In this document: piece by piece, positions 26,626 through 39,848 of the stretch
Position numbering within the stretch: the first letter of the stretch is position 1
Layout: every line of letters starts with the position of its first letter
DNA from: Octopus sinensis
Lineage: Eukaryota
Direction: 5' to 3'
DNA: 64,000 bases
Assembly (NCBI RefSeq): GCF_006345805.1
Contig: NC_042998.1
Coordinates: 67,952,001 to 68,016,000 of the forward strand
Notes under the pieces: generated by a model
Told to the model about the DNA's origin: nothing
Seen by the model: the letters and a program-made list of their open reading frames with translations, nothing else
The model's database searches: none
Translations under genes and position numbers: made by a program

Positions 26626-28934
26626 TGCATTACTATTTTTTATATAATAATCTCGTCGGTATTCAGCATCACTATTCTTCTTCTTCTTCACGATTTCCTC
26701 GCCCATATTCTACCTTTCTATCATTCCTATTAATTACACAAGAGTATTTAAACACACTTGATATTTATATTTCTTCCTCTTTCCCCAAAAGAAATTACCA
26801 GAATTAATACAATTTTGAGGCAATCATCAACGTTTCAATAAGAAACAGCGCAATACTTTCTACTCTTTTGTCATTTAATTTCATATAATATTATATATTG
26901 GATATTTCTAATGATATCATATATATTTCTCAGTCACACTGAATATATATTTTATTCATCTACTTTTTTGTAAGGATTTCTACGGTTTTATATCTTCTTT
27001 ATTACTAATTCTATAGAGGGATTTTTTCTCTTTCGCTGGCCGAAATCAAGCATAATCTATGCTGACTTATAAGGATATTCATAACATTCTGCGAAGCCTA
27101 TCTTAGATTTAAAAGTTTCTAGAAGCATCTAACAAGAGAAGGATGGAATATGTGAGTTATAAAATCGGAAGGAATTTTCTCTTCCTTTTCATTATAACTT
27201 TCACTTATAGATCTAAGCGAAAGAAAAAAGAAGGATAGAAAAAAGGTTAAATCATTCAATCAATTATTTTTATACATTTTCTCTCAGCGGATATCTTTGA
27301 TCCTAGTTTAATCTATAGCCAAGTCCGCGATATAAAGGCTGTCCATATTCTATTGCGTTTCATATCACAGAAAAGATTGAATATTTTATATAAAATTGTG
27401 TTCATATTACCGAAACGAAAGTCATTTTCAAAACCCTATCAGGACGTTTTTGAAAAGAACGCCACTTACTTCATGCATTTTGATGTTTCAAGTACCCTGG
27501 ACAGCTTATAATTAAGGAAGAATTCTCTAGTTCTTGACATACCGTATATTCTTTAAACTCTTTCCAGCCTTATTCAATAAGATCTTAATCTTTATTCCTT
27601 GTTCATGAGAGAGAACTAATATATGGAAGAAATCTTCACGAAAACAACTGATCTTTATCTAAACTGATTAATGATAAAACAGACGCTGGAGAGAATTCTG
27701 TATCGAGAATTACAAGCGTAAGAAATTTTCAAAGTCTTTCATTTGGAATTTTTGTGTTATTTTCTTTGCTTTGCTAAATAGTTTGATAGAACGAAAAGGC
27801 AGATTGGTTCATCTCCTTCTATATATATATGGCAGCTGAAAATAGATTGATCTTGGAGGATGTAAAGTTGTTTATAACCTCGTCGAAGTATAGGTTGTGT
27901 AAAGCCACGCTACTCTTAGGTCACAGGCTGGATTTAATTCAAAGCGGGAGACAGACCTTGTGTTGGTTTCCTTATGGAATTAAATACAGCTGGAATTATA
28001 TATGAATAATTGAGAATCTCTTCATCATCATTGTATTTCATTTTCAGTTGCTATCTAAGTGGAATTTGGTTGTGTTACTATACAGCTGATACAATCGGCG
28101 AAATACGTTGTTTTGTTAATCATGTTTAGACTTTCAACACTACTAAGATCATACATATGTCTCACTGTTAGCCAAAACGCCAATGAGGGAGATTCTTCGA
28201 TGTCATCCGACCTGGTAGAAATAGCATCCAAATTTCCCTTAAACCACATTGTATTCACTTGATATTGATTGAACACGTAGGATAATGTAATAGCGCTATA
28301 GTCTTATATACAGAATGTCTAAAAGTGGTAAAGTCACAGCTGAAATGCTTTAATCAAAGGCATGGTCGATCAAACCTGACCTAGGGTTTGTCAACAACAA
28401 AAACAAACTATATGTTTGTGTATGCGTGTATGTAAGTGTGTGTGCTTCTGTGTCTGTGTTCATTCCCCGTTCATTCCCCGTCCCTGTGTTGGTGCGTTTA
28501 TGTCCCTGTAAGCTAGCGATTCGACAAAAGAGATCTAGTGATAAGTACCAAGTTTAAAAGAAACAAAAAATGTACTGGGGTCGATTCATTCGATTCATTT
28601 ATTCTTCCAGGCGGTGCCCCAGCATGACCGCAAGTTTAATGCCTGAAACAAGGAAAGACTAATGATTATGTTATAAACGTAAAACGCTTCAACTCTATTT
28701 CTCCCTTTCTATTTGAATCAACTATGGGAAAGCATTTTTCTTCCACACAACAAATTAAAAGGAAAACAAGAAGCGATATACTCGGCAAGAAAGAATGGCT
28801 AAGTAAGTAGGTGGTAAAGAACTACATAGTAAATATTACATACCAAGGCTTGTTTTATATTTAGCTCTACCTACGATTAAAGTTTGCAATTCTTCCTAGA
28901 ATTGTCGGATCTAATTTGTGCTAAAATTAAAGTA

Positions 28935-29260
28935 TAAGAGTAAAGTCCCCCTTCGTTCATGAATGGCCATGGGATTGCACCAAGAAATTTCCCCTGCAAG
29001 GCACAAATCCGGGCAAAGTTCTTTGTGGAAAACCAGCGGTCGCTCGTGCATACCAGGTTCTTCTCTCCACACCACTCATGTTATTTATCCAAGGGAAAAG
29101 CAAAGGCCGATACAGCTTAGCACCAGTGATATCACAACTCATTTCTACAGCTGAGTGAACTGCAGCAATGTGAAAAAACACAGCACGCATCCCGGTCCAG
29201 GAACTGAACTCACTACCTCGTGATTGTGAGCCCGACGCGCTAATCACCGAGCCATGTATG
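28935..29260 (-). mobile_element. tRNA-derived SINE with a different tail
   Basis: Minus head atggctcggtgattagcgcgtcgggctcacaatc with B-box-like gagttcagttcc, central cagttcactcagctgtagaaatgagt domain, distinct 3' tail ending gggggacttt. Confidence 0.65.
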
Positions 29261-29289
29261 ACAAAAAATATATTTATTATAACTCTAAT

Positions 29290-29720
29290 AGACAAGAAGG
29301 CAGGCAAAATGCTTAGCAGCATTTCGTCTGCCTGTACATTTTGAGTTCAAATTCCACTGAGGTTGATTTTGCCTTTCATCCTTTCTGGGTCGATAGAATA
29401 AGTATCAGTTAAGTACCAGTTGAGCACTGGGGTCAATGGAATCGATTTAGCCATTTTCGCGAAATTGCTGGCCTTGGGCCAAAATTTGAAGCCAATAATA
29501 ATAATAATAATAATAAGCAAGAAGGCAGTGAGCTGGCTGAACTTTAAGGCATTTCGTCCCGCTTTACGTTCTGAGTTCTAATTCCGTTGAGGTTCAATTT
29601 CTCTTTCATCCCTTCGGAGTAGAATCAAATAAGTACCAGTTGAACACTGGGGTTGATACATTCGACTTATTCACTCTCCTGGAATTGTTAGCCTTGTGTC
29701 AAACTTTCAAGTCAATAATT
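29290..29720 (+). mobile_element. Two SINE family C copies
   Basis: Two diverged cores separated by (TAA)n. Confidence 0.75.
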
Positions 29721-31639
29721 ATAGTAAACAAGACGAAACTGTTTCTATTCACAGCTGCCCTCGGGGATGACTGCTCACCTCGTCAACATCTAACTATATT
29801 TCTGACCAGTGTCTATTCTTCTTCCGTATTTTGATTAGATATGTTAATGCCTTGAGTCATGAGTTCGATTTGCGGCGGTGCGTTGTGGTCTTGAGCAATA
29901 CTCTTCGTTTCACTTTACTCCAGTCTACTCAACTGGAAAAAATGGTTCTATCTGTGCTTTCAAGGGGCCAGCCTTATCCCCACTCTAATCACGCTGAATC
30001 TTCCTGAGTTCTACGTTGAGGGAAGGTGTGTCTCTGGAATGCTCAGCCACTTGCATATTAATTTCATGAGCAGGCTGTTCTGTTGATCGAATCAACAGGA
30101 ACCCTCATCGTCGTAATGGGCTGTGCCAGTTTTGTTTTTGTTTAGTTTTAATACGTAGTAGAATCGCTTTGTAAAAATGTTTTTAAAATTTATTTGTTTT
30201 ATAATTCCTTTATTATGAATTGGATAAAATGTTACCCATTTATTTATATTACATATGATTCCTCACATATCTTTAAAGCTAGATCAGTGAGAACAAAATA
30301 CGTGTAATATTTTTTTTTAAATATCACTGTCCGATTCTTTCTTTGCAGTTCAACAATTACCAATACATACACAAGTATGAACGTTTACGGTATTCCTTCA
30401 GTTCCGTTAGGAGTGTTGAGTTTTATTTCATATAAGCATTATATGCGATAATATTTTTGTCAAGGCTTTGTAATCTCTAAAAAGGTAGATGTTAGTTTGG
30501 TAGCTTCTGTGGTGTCTCTTTCCGAAAGTATTTGAGATAAATTATTATAACTTTTTACTCAGATTTTACGTATTATTTTTATGTTTGCGTTCATTTTTTT
30601 CAGTAGATCATTGAATCGTTTTTGTTTGTTGTTTTTATATTTTTTGGAAAAAATACCCTGTCACTGTTTGCCTACCAGTTAAATATTGCAGCCAGTAAAT
30701 TTTCCTGTTGTATAACAAATATTAATGCCCTGAAGTTGTTAACTTATTTCGTGGTTTGATATTTCTTTCCGCCATTGCTTATTTGCTGTTCCTTTCTATT
30801 TTTTTTCTTTACCATTTTCGCTGGTGGGGATCTTTCTGCTGTGCATTCTTCTCTTCTAAAAATTCTTCTTCTCTTTTGCTGTTAGCACTACATAGGTTTC
30901 CCTTCTATTTCTACGCTCCTCTTTGCAAAATCATTTTTTGTTATATTCGAACAATTTGTTTGGTTAAAAAAAAGAAAGAAATATGCTCCTTTTAGTAACA
31001 ATGGATTATTTACATCGAAGCCAAATTCTCATGTTTTAAAACCATCCTTTTTATATGTCTTCATTTATTTTCCTTTGTACAGTTTTGCTGTTGCCATTGA
31101 AAGAGACTTTATTTTCTACCCTCCTTTCTGTGTCTTTTTCTATTCAATTTCACTGTTTTAGTCTATTCGATTTCCGTATTATGTAACACTGTTACAACTT
31201 TTATCGATTGTGAAATCGGTGAAATACAGGGTCTATCTTTCATCAACTCAACCCCTGTTTAAATTTGGATAAAATTCGCGATAAGTATATTAGTTTCTTT
31301 TCATTAGAAACATAATCCTTACGTTGCTGAAGATAAACGTAAAAGTGTGATAGCGAATTGCATTCTCCCAAGAGATGTAGCATGGTAATATTATTGAATC
31401 TTGTTTCAAATAAATATTTAAACTGAAAATTTGTATTGGTTTTGCGAGATGTCACTTTCTCTTTCTACAGATCACATTATGCATATTAATAGAATATGTT
31501 GACACTGAACTTGTAAAACTTCGTGAATAGCTGAATAGACAGAATCAGAAAATCAGCCGATCACCCGGAGAGTCAAGGATCCGAGTTATCTCAAAATATA
31601 AAGGGAATGATTGGCCATTATATGCGCTAGTAATGTAAA

Positions 31640-32400
31640 TTTTCAAAACTACCAGTGTTATGTTGTATCGCTCTATCTGCTACTTCCAATAATGCCCGGT
31701 GAAATATTTAGTGTTCCATTTAAAATTTTTAGTGTAGGACGTACTCTGCGAAGGGAGAAAGTATAAGCCATACTGTTAGTGAGTGCTGTAAGCTCGTACA
31801 ACGGAGACATGAAAATGTACCCAGATATGTCCACTGGCTGATGTGCAATAAAGCAAACCTCGAGAGAGCCGAACAATGGCATGAACACAAGCCTGAAGGA
31901 GTAATGGAAAATGAACATTACAAAATACTCTGAGATTTTAACACGCAGTACGACCAATTCATAGAGGCGAGACAACCAGATATTGTGCTCATCCATAAAG
32001 GTGAAAAATAAGTAACGATAATATATGTTGCAATACCAGACGATTCGAAGGTGAAATGTAAGGAAAAGATTGAGAAATACCAGCCAATGCGTGACGAGAT
32101 AGGAAAGTTATGGGGTTTGAAGAAAGTAATAGTGATACCGGTAGTAATTAGAGCATTAGAAGCAGTTTCCAAGGTGTTTGAAAAGCATATTAAGAATATT
32201 GGAGGTGCTGTCAGGCTCAAGGTGATCCAGAAGACAGCATTGTTGGGTACAGCTCGCATACTAACGAGAATATAGTCTCTTTGAGTCACAGGAGAAGGCA
32301 CTACTTGAAACCTTTGGTGATTTGTTATTGCCTGCTTTCAAGTAAAGAATAACCGGTAATTAAGAACTATCCGAGAGTCCTTCAGAATAGTAACGATAAT
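31640..32400 (+). mobile_element. R4/Dong-like non-LTR retrotransposon 3' fragment (REL endonuclease)
   Basis: RQPDIVLIHK...YVAIPDD...KEKIEKYQPMRDEIGKLW...VIPVVI...IQKTALLGTARIL is a PD-(D/E)xK restriction-like endonuclease. A degenerate CCHC knuckle lies upstream. Confidence 0.85.
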
Positions 32401-32899
32401 TATACAATCACTATTCTGTTGGTCGCATACCTAACAAAATCGGAAGCATATGCATCTGAATTGGTAGATATGATACACTTCATGAACGAAGAAGAGGAGA
32501 ATATCAAGATAGTGGGTTTTTTTGTATATATATACCAGAAACATCACCAACGGAAAACGAGGTGACTAACACTCACACCAAACGATTGAAGGCAATGCAA
32601 AATACTTTAGTCAGCTGCTCCTGCAGGAAACATTGTGATGGACAAAGTAATGAATAAGAGATACCCCAAAACAGATGCGGGATGCAAACGTGAACAAAGA
32701 GGTCTGATAACCATTGCAAAAAATCAGTCTTCTTGTCAGATCCTGTGAATATGACATCGTGAACGATGACAGACACATAGTAAAGATTCAAAGGAAAGTA
32801 TCAAGACGCCATTGACAACGTGATCTTTGGTGCCTGGGTCTAGCAGTGACGGAATACATCCGTGGGCAAAACAAGGCGTATCTTTAAGGTGTATCTTCT

Positions 32900-33310
32900 A
32901 GGGAAAACATGCAGGAATTATAAAATCAGGATAACTGAGAATTGATATAAGTATATTTAATGAAAACGGTGTTGTTACCTTCCACTAATATAATAAGCCT
33001 ATCCATGTCGGAAAATCGACAAGTCTACAAAGTTATGGAATCCAAAACACAGGTTTTTTATAGTTCTCGACCTTGCAATACTCTTTCGAAAGAAGCACTT
33101 CCATGGAAGTCACAGAGAAATTGACCAAGTACAAAGTCCTAGAGGTCGAGTTCAACGGGATTAAGAATATTAAGACCGAAAGACTAGCATTGTTCATTGG
33201 ATCACTGGGACGACTTCAATATATATGCTGTCCAGAAGCTCACTCTACGGAGAGTGTTATCCACAGGATATAAACAGAAGTACGAAGGAACAACAACAAT
33301 GACAATAATA
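32900..33310 (+). mobile_element. Highly degenerate R4/Dong-like REL fragment
   Basis: EVTEKLTKYKVLEVEF...IKTERLALFIGSLG resembles the REL C-terminus. Ends in an (A/C)AA/TAA-like tail. Confidence 0.55.
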
Positions 33311-33574
33311 AAGGGTTCAAAATTCTGATACAAGGCCAGCAACTTTAAGGGGAGGAAAGGTTGATGTCATAGACGACCCCCAGTGCTCAATGGAACTTAT
33401 TTTATCAACCAAGAAAAATATGAAAGCAAAGTCGATCTCACTGGAATTTGAACTCAAAACGCAAAGACAGCTAAGCATTTTGTCCGTCGTGTAAACAATT
33501 CTCCCAGCTCGCCGACTTAACAATGATAATGATTCTTTCTACCATAGGCACAAAACCTGATAGGATATACAAGC

Positions 33575-33940
33575 GAAATGCTTAGCGGTAATTTGTCTGT
33601 CGTTACGTTTTGAGTTCAAATTCCGCCGAGGTCGACTTTCCCTTTCATCCTTTCGGGGTCGATTAAATAAGTACCAATTACGCACTGGGGTCGATATAAT
33701 CGGCTTAATCTGTTTGTCTGTCCTTGTTTGTCCTCTCTGTGTTTTGCCCCTTGTGTGTAGTAAAGAAATAGGTATTTCGTCTGTATTTACGTTCTGAGGT
33801 CAAATTCTGCCGAGATCGACTTTGCCTTTCATCTTCTTGGAGTCGATAAATTAAGTGCCACGTGTGTACTGAGGTCGATCTAATCGACTGGCCCCTTCCC
33901 TAAAAATTTCGGTCCTTGTACCTAGAGTAGAAAAGAATTT
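33575..33940 (+). mobile_element. SINE family C dimer
   Basis: Two consecutive cores (about 33610 and 33795). Confidence 0.8.
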
Positions 33941-34561
33941 TCTTTTCCTAATTTAGATACGAGGACAGTTAAGGAAGAGGGAAGCAGGGAAGGAAAAGTT
34001 ATTCGATAACATCGACTCCAATATTTGATTGACAATATTTTGTCAACCAGAAAAGTATGACTCACAAAACTGACCACGGCGAGATTCGAAATCAGACTGC
34101 AAAGTTGTCATACGAAGTACCGGAAGTCATTTATGAGAACCTACAAACATTCAACAAATTGCGTTCATATTCTGCTGGCGGATATATAAACTGGCAAACG
34201 AAGAGTGTTGTTGAATTATAGTTAAAACAAAATGTGACTCTGAATACAGCGTTGCCGTACATTTCAGCCGTAGTAGCAACATTAATCACAATAAACTAGT
34301 TATAAACAAACAATAAAGCATTCGATCGCATGCTACGTTAAAAACGTGTAGGTTACTAACGAATGTATGTCCATTGTATTAAAACTACTGGTGCCATTAA
34401 AGAAAAATCAATGAAGAGTTAGCTTGTGTGTTGGTGTAAATGCTCTTCACTTTTATGTGTAGAGTCTCTTTCTCAGCTTAGGCCCGGCTATCTCGAGAAT
34501 TCATTCACCAACGCCAATAACGGTTTAAGATTTCAGACTTTCAACCATAGTTAACATTTAA

Positions 34562-34598
<37 letters not shown>

Positions 34599-34766
34599 AT
34601 ATGTGTTATAATATGATGCTATAAAATTGTACGCGTGCATAGATAGACAGATAGAAAGATAGAGGGAGAGAGATGAATAATATATATATGTTTATAGAGA
34701 TAATTTTATATACAAACACATGCTTGTATATACATATTTACATGCACACATATATGCTTCAGGTGC

Positions 34767-34798
<32 letters not shown>

Positions 34799-35273
34799 AC
34801 TTACATAAATATGTTTATTGATGGCTTCGTAACTCGTTTTTTCTCACTTTTCTTACAGAATCCTATATTCTAACGATTTACACTGAAACGCGTTTTATTG
34901 AGCAACTTTCTATGTTTCTCTGCGTGTAAGCCATCTTCTCTTCATAGCCTCAACATCGTACAAGCTTTCCACGACCTTTCTCCTCGTTCTTTATTGTTTT
35001 AATGTAGACATTTCTCTGGCTTTATAACGTTTCAATAACTGTTGCAGTGTAGAGTAATGGAACTGAAATATTTTCCGAGTTTCTTAACAATTTGATGCTT
35101 ATTTCACACCATGTTTATTACCTTACTGCAAAACTTACCTTGGACTTTAGCATTATTTCAACCTATATACAGTCAACTCCTATAAAAATAAGACAGTGTT
35201 ACCGAAGCTTGGTCTTATGAGATTTTCGATAAAATCTCCTCTTGGCCTTTCGCTGCCTTTTGCTTCACTCTGT

Positions 35274-35341
<68 letters not shown>

Positions 35342-36899
35342 GCACACATATATGTACGCATGTATACATACATATATAGATAACTACATACATACATACA
35401 TGCATAGATACGTACATATATATATATATATATATATATATGCAAATGTATGTGTGTGCGTGTGTGTTTCTGTGCGTGTGTAGTCACTTGTATAAATGTA
35501 TATGAGTATACATATATGCGTATAAATGTATATTTACATAAACATATATATGCATATGTTTGTATTATGGGGCATATGTCTATCTCTCTTTGTCTATTGT
35601 TTGAGAGATAGAGACGCTATGCATGTGAAAGAGATATTTTAACAATGCTACTTCAAATTTAATTTAAATGGTCTTAAGAACAGCTTTCGAGATAAATCTT
35701 AGTTAGACATAAGAAATGATCTTTTTTTAAGCATAATCATGTGATAAATGTTACCTAAGTAAGCAGAAGTGAATTCACAAAGGCGGCAATCAAGTAATTC
35801 TAGATACGAATTGTAAATGGTTCACTCACTTTTCACTCCATGTCAAATTATCTAGAGCCAAGAAGGTGGCTGAAACAGCTTCTGTTCAGAGAAGAAATAA
35901 AAATAAACTTAATAGAAAGAATAGATGATGTATGGGGGTGTAAAAGTAAAGATTTCGGAAATAAATTTATTTCTTCATCGAAGTTTTGCAGTAACCAAAA
36001 AAAAAAAAAACAATAATAATAAGCAAAGCTGTAGTCAGACTTTTGACGCGATTGGCTAAAAAGGAAATAAATAATACATACAAGTGTTCGATATTATTTG
36101 CTTTTGAAAAGCTAGTTTAGTTATAGACACAAGGTTTTGTTTGTCGTTTAACGTTTTCTGTTCAAATTTGGTTGTGTGGACTTTGTATTTCATTCTCCTG
36201 GGGTCGAAAAATTAAGTACCAACTGAATGCTAGGATCGACCTAAACGCCTTTTCGCCCTCGAAATCTGTAGCCTATTACATGTGGTACAAATTAATATTT
36301 ATTCTCAGTCATTTAAATTCTTATTTCAAATCTTTCTTGAGTGGTGGTGTCTAGATTCCTTTTTTGGCTTTCTCCGATAAAATTAATGCAAACCATGTTC
36401 TTGGGTTTGCTTGATCGATTTTATGACAGCCTTACGAATCTCTGACTTTGACAATATAAAAACAAAATTAATATTTACATTTGGAAATTGTTATTGTTGC
36501 ATCATTCACCGTTGTTGTTCCATCGTTGCATGTTTCAACAAGGAAGAACTAATTGCTTTCAAAACAGCTGTGATTTAATTCAGTTCCTACTTCTAGATAT
36601 GGCTGCCACAGTAGGTTGACACTTCGTATTCTACCAAACATATTACATAGAGTCAATAGAAAAACAAAACTTTTCGGATCTCTTCAACTAGATATAAATA
36701 AATACTACAGGTAGGTTAAAGATTTTATGTATGTGATAGCCTGTAAATGATATCATCATCGTTACCATCATAAGCCCTTGGAAATTACTAAGTCGAGCCC
36801 TACGACTCGACACGGACATTACCGTTGCGAGCCCTGAACTTTGATCTTTCTTAAGACTCTACAAGGTCGCTTATCCACTTTCCACGTCGTATAACTGAC

Positions 36900-38323
36900 C
36901 GAGATCAGAACACTTACCGCGAAACGGGTGTCTTTTCCTTTGCTGTCAATAAACTGAGAGATTTCCTCGATCAGCAGGAAAACTCTACCGAGAACTCTTC
37001 CCCAATTTAGCCACTGCACCTCTGTATAAGGCATGTCGCTGAACTGTGAATCTACTTCTTGCAAAAAAGACCGAAATTTGGCTCTGATAAAATTGACGAC
37101 TTATGTTACAGAGCTCATTACATGTTCCATGTTGAGGACTTTACTACACAGTGATCCTTGGTGTATGATGCAGTGATATGCTATCACCTCACCAGTACAA
37201 TCCTCCTGCATCTTTAACCGTATCCTTCCTACTAGTCCACTTTTTCCGCCGCACATCACCGGTGCTCCATCTGTTGTAAGTTCAACAAGTTTGCCCCAAT
37301 GTCAGTTACACTTTGACATACGTTGTCAAAAATGTCTTTTCCTGTCGTTGCCTCATGCATGGATTTCATATCCAATATTTCTTCTGTAACATTTAAACTG
37401 GAATCCACTCCATGGATGAAGATGGTGAGTTGTGCAGTGCCGGTTGTATCATTACATTCATTGACAGCAAGAGAGTGTAGAACAAAATCTTTGCTTTTTC
37501 AATCAGTTGTGTTTTCACGTCAGTAGCCATCTCACAAACTCGATCAGCAATTGTATTTCTGCTGAGGGCTACATTTGCAAACAGCTGTCATATGTCTGAA
37601 CACAAGACGTCACACACTTTCATCATGCAATTCTTCAGAAACTCTCGCTCAGTAAATGGTCGTGCTGATTTGGCGATCTCCTCTGCTACAGTAAAACTTG
37701 TTTTCACAACAGTTACACTTTGTGATTTTGCTTTGGTGAAAAACGCCTGCTGTGATGTTAGATCCGTCTTTAGTTTTTCTACCTTCCGTAGCTTCTGTTC
37801 TGCATTCAAGTTTTTCGATTTGTCTTGATGATTAGTCTGGTTTACCGCCAATATCAATAAACATATTTTGAGCCTCAGAGCAGCTTTGATTAGCTCTGTT
37901 TTCAGAACCAACTTTTCTCCTGGCCACTTTAACGGCTAGCTTTGATTTAAAATGAAGTCTTTGCATCTACCGATAGACGTTTGATTGATATGGCATAAGC
38001 GAGAAGGAGTGATGCAATATCAGGGCACTACACTACTTTCATCTCTCATGCGCCAATCCAAACCGAGTAACAGGACGTTGCCAGGTTGCTGTAATGACGA
38101 ACATCCACACACAACACAACTATCATTTTAATTTGTTCTGATCGACGTGGGAATGCTCTCATGCAGCCATTCGTTCGACAAGGCGGCAAATTTGAGGAAT
38201 TTGTGGTTTACACTTCATATCGCCAGGCCATTAAAAGACATTTGCCTAAAATTCTCTCGCGGGCAGGATATAATCATGCATTGGACCGGATGTGGCTTGC
38301 AGGTCTTGAGTTTGACGCTTGTG
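36900..38323 (-). mobile_element. hAT DNA transposon remnant, Buster/Charlie (SPIN/OC1/GTF2IRD2-like) transposase
   Basis: Minus pieces NLNAEQKLRKVEKLK...VAEEIAKSARPFTEREFLKNCMMKVCDVLC, ANVALSRNTIADRVCEMATD, SLAVNEC (SLAVDES), EEILDMKSMH, YTEVQWL (YHTEVRWL), with stops and frameshifts. Terminal-like cacaagcgtcaaactcaagacctgcaagccacatccgg ends at about 38323. Confidence 0.88.
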
Positions 38324-38340
38324 TCTCGATAATAGGCGCA

Positions 38341-38660
38341 GATGTGACTGTGTGATAAGAATTTGACTTCGCAGTCGCATGCTTTCGGCACCAGTCCCAC
38401 TGCGTGGCATGTTGGGCATGTGTCTTCTGCTATAGCCTCGGGCCGATCAAAGTCTTCAGTATGAATTTGGTGATGGAAACTGAAAGAATCCTGGTGTATG
38501 TATGCATTTTTTTTCGTGTTTGTTCTCCACTATTGCTTGGCAACTGGTGTTGGTTAGATTATATTCCAGTAACCTAGTGGTTCGGCCAAAAGACTAAAAT
38601 TTTTCAAGTCGGTGTCCCAGAATGGCCGTAGTCTAATGACTAAAGCAAGTAAAAGATAAA
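38341..38660 (+). mobile_element. SINE family A
   Basis: Same head and body motifs, diverged. Confidence 0.75.
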
Positions 38661-38739
38661 CGATGAAATATACATTCACACATTGCAGTAAATATATTTT
38701 TTTCTAGTTTCAGCTCAGAGCTGCGGCCATGTTTGTGCA

Positions 38740-39140
38740 CCGCCGTTTTGTGCTACACTGTTAATACTAAGAGCCTCCTCTAATATGTGGCACTTGGTGA
38801 AGGATGGAGTTTGATATAGCTACCCTCATTTGCACCTCTTGCAGTGAGGTAGATTCGTCTGGGACTCTCGACAGGAAGATGTCCAGCTTTGATTAAAAAG
38901 CCTCTACATCTACTTTGTGCAAGTTCCTCACACTCTTTGGGAGAATATTAAAAAGCTGTGGGCCCTTGAAACCCAGGCAGTCGCAGTAACTGGTCGTGAA
39001 GCGTGATGGCATTGCTGGGATCTTTGGCAATATGCAGTGTCGTCCTGTTCTGGCATTGGTGTCTGGTCTTCAACTATTCCGATACAGATGTTTGTCCGTG
39101 TAAACATAGAAAATGTTGCACTCCACAATATTCTCCGAAC
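38740..39140 (-). mobile_element. CR1/L2-like LINE 3' fragment
   Basis: Minus translation CLGFKGPQLFNILPKSVRNL...F*SKLDIFLSRVPDE matches the GPxLFNxLP...FKxKLDxFL...VPD C-terminal motif. Confidence 0.7.
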
Positions 39141-39389
39141 TCATTCTTTTTGTGAAGCTCACGATCTTTTGCCCTTCCTGTAACACAGTCAGATAGTAAA
39201 TGCTTTTTATACGCCTAAAAAATCGATGTCACTAAATATGAATCATATGGTAGTCGAAATATATGTTATGTCGATCCATATCAGCTGTTCGGTCTATGAG
39301 TATACTATTCTTATTCTCCGAGCTAACAAAATCAGATTTTGGCGTTTTCATAGTCTAATACAAAAAAGCCCTTTGTCAATAGTATGTCT

Positions 39390-39631
39390 CTTATCTTTTA
39401 TTTTTTGCTACTGCCATGCATGGGCACCTCCTTGAAGGATTTTAGTCGATTGAATCGACCCCCAGTAATTATTTTTCAAAAGCTGGTAACTTACTCTGTC
39501 GTTTTCTTTTCCCGAATCGCTAGTTTGTGTAAACGTAAACACATCAGCGTCGACTGTGAAGCGGTAGTGGAGTACAAACACAGACAGAAAGATGTACAAC
39601 GCGCACACACACACACACCACACACACACAC

Positions 39632-39662
<31 letters not shown>

Positions 39663-39848
39663 AAAGCACACATACATACATACGTTGGGCGTCTTTCAGT
39701 CTTCGTTCAATAAATTCATTCATAAGGTTTTGGTCGGCTAGAAGCTATAGAGTAAAACACTTGCACAAGATGTCACACACACAGAGAGACCGAACCCGAA
39801 AACAAGTGGCTGGAAAGTAAACCTCTTACCACACAACCACACTTGCAC
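39390..39848 (-). mobile_element. SINE family A, reverse orientation
   Basis: Reverse complement of the family A head (cttaccacacaaccac) and body, with a central (CA)n. Confidence 0.75.

Noticed and set aside
28048-28262. Strong acceptor (tttcattttcag) inside the long intron and a 67-aa ORF
   Set aside because: In the receptor phase it reads V-A-I-stop, with no receptor similarity and no convincing donor.
30349-30389. Candidate micro-exon after ttctttctttgcag
   Set aside because: The 26-nt version (donor gtatga) shifts frame and the 41-nt version contains an in-frame TGA. The flanking exons already join collinearly with homologues.
34865-34900. CUAACGA...GAAACGCGUU with palindromic helix III
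   Set aside because: G5 is mutated, and helices I and II do not pair.
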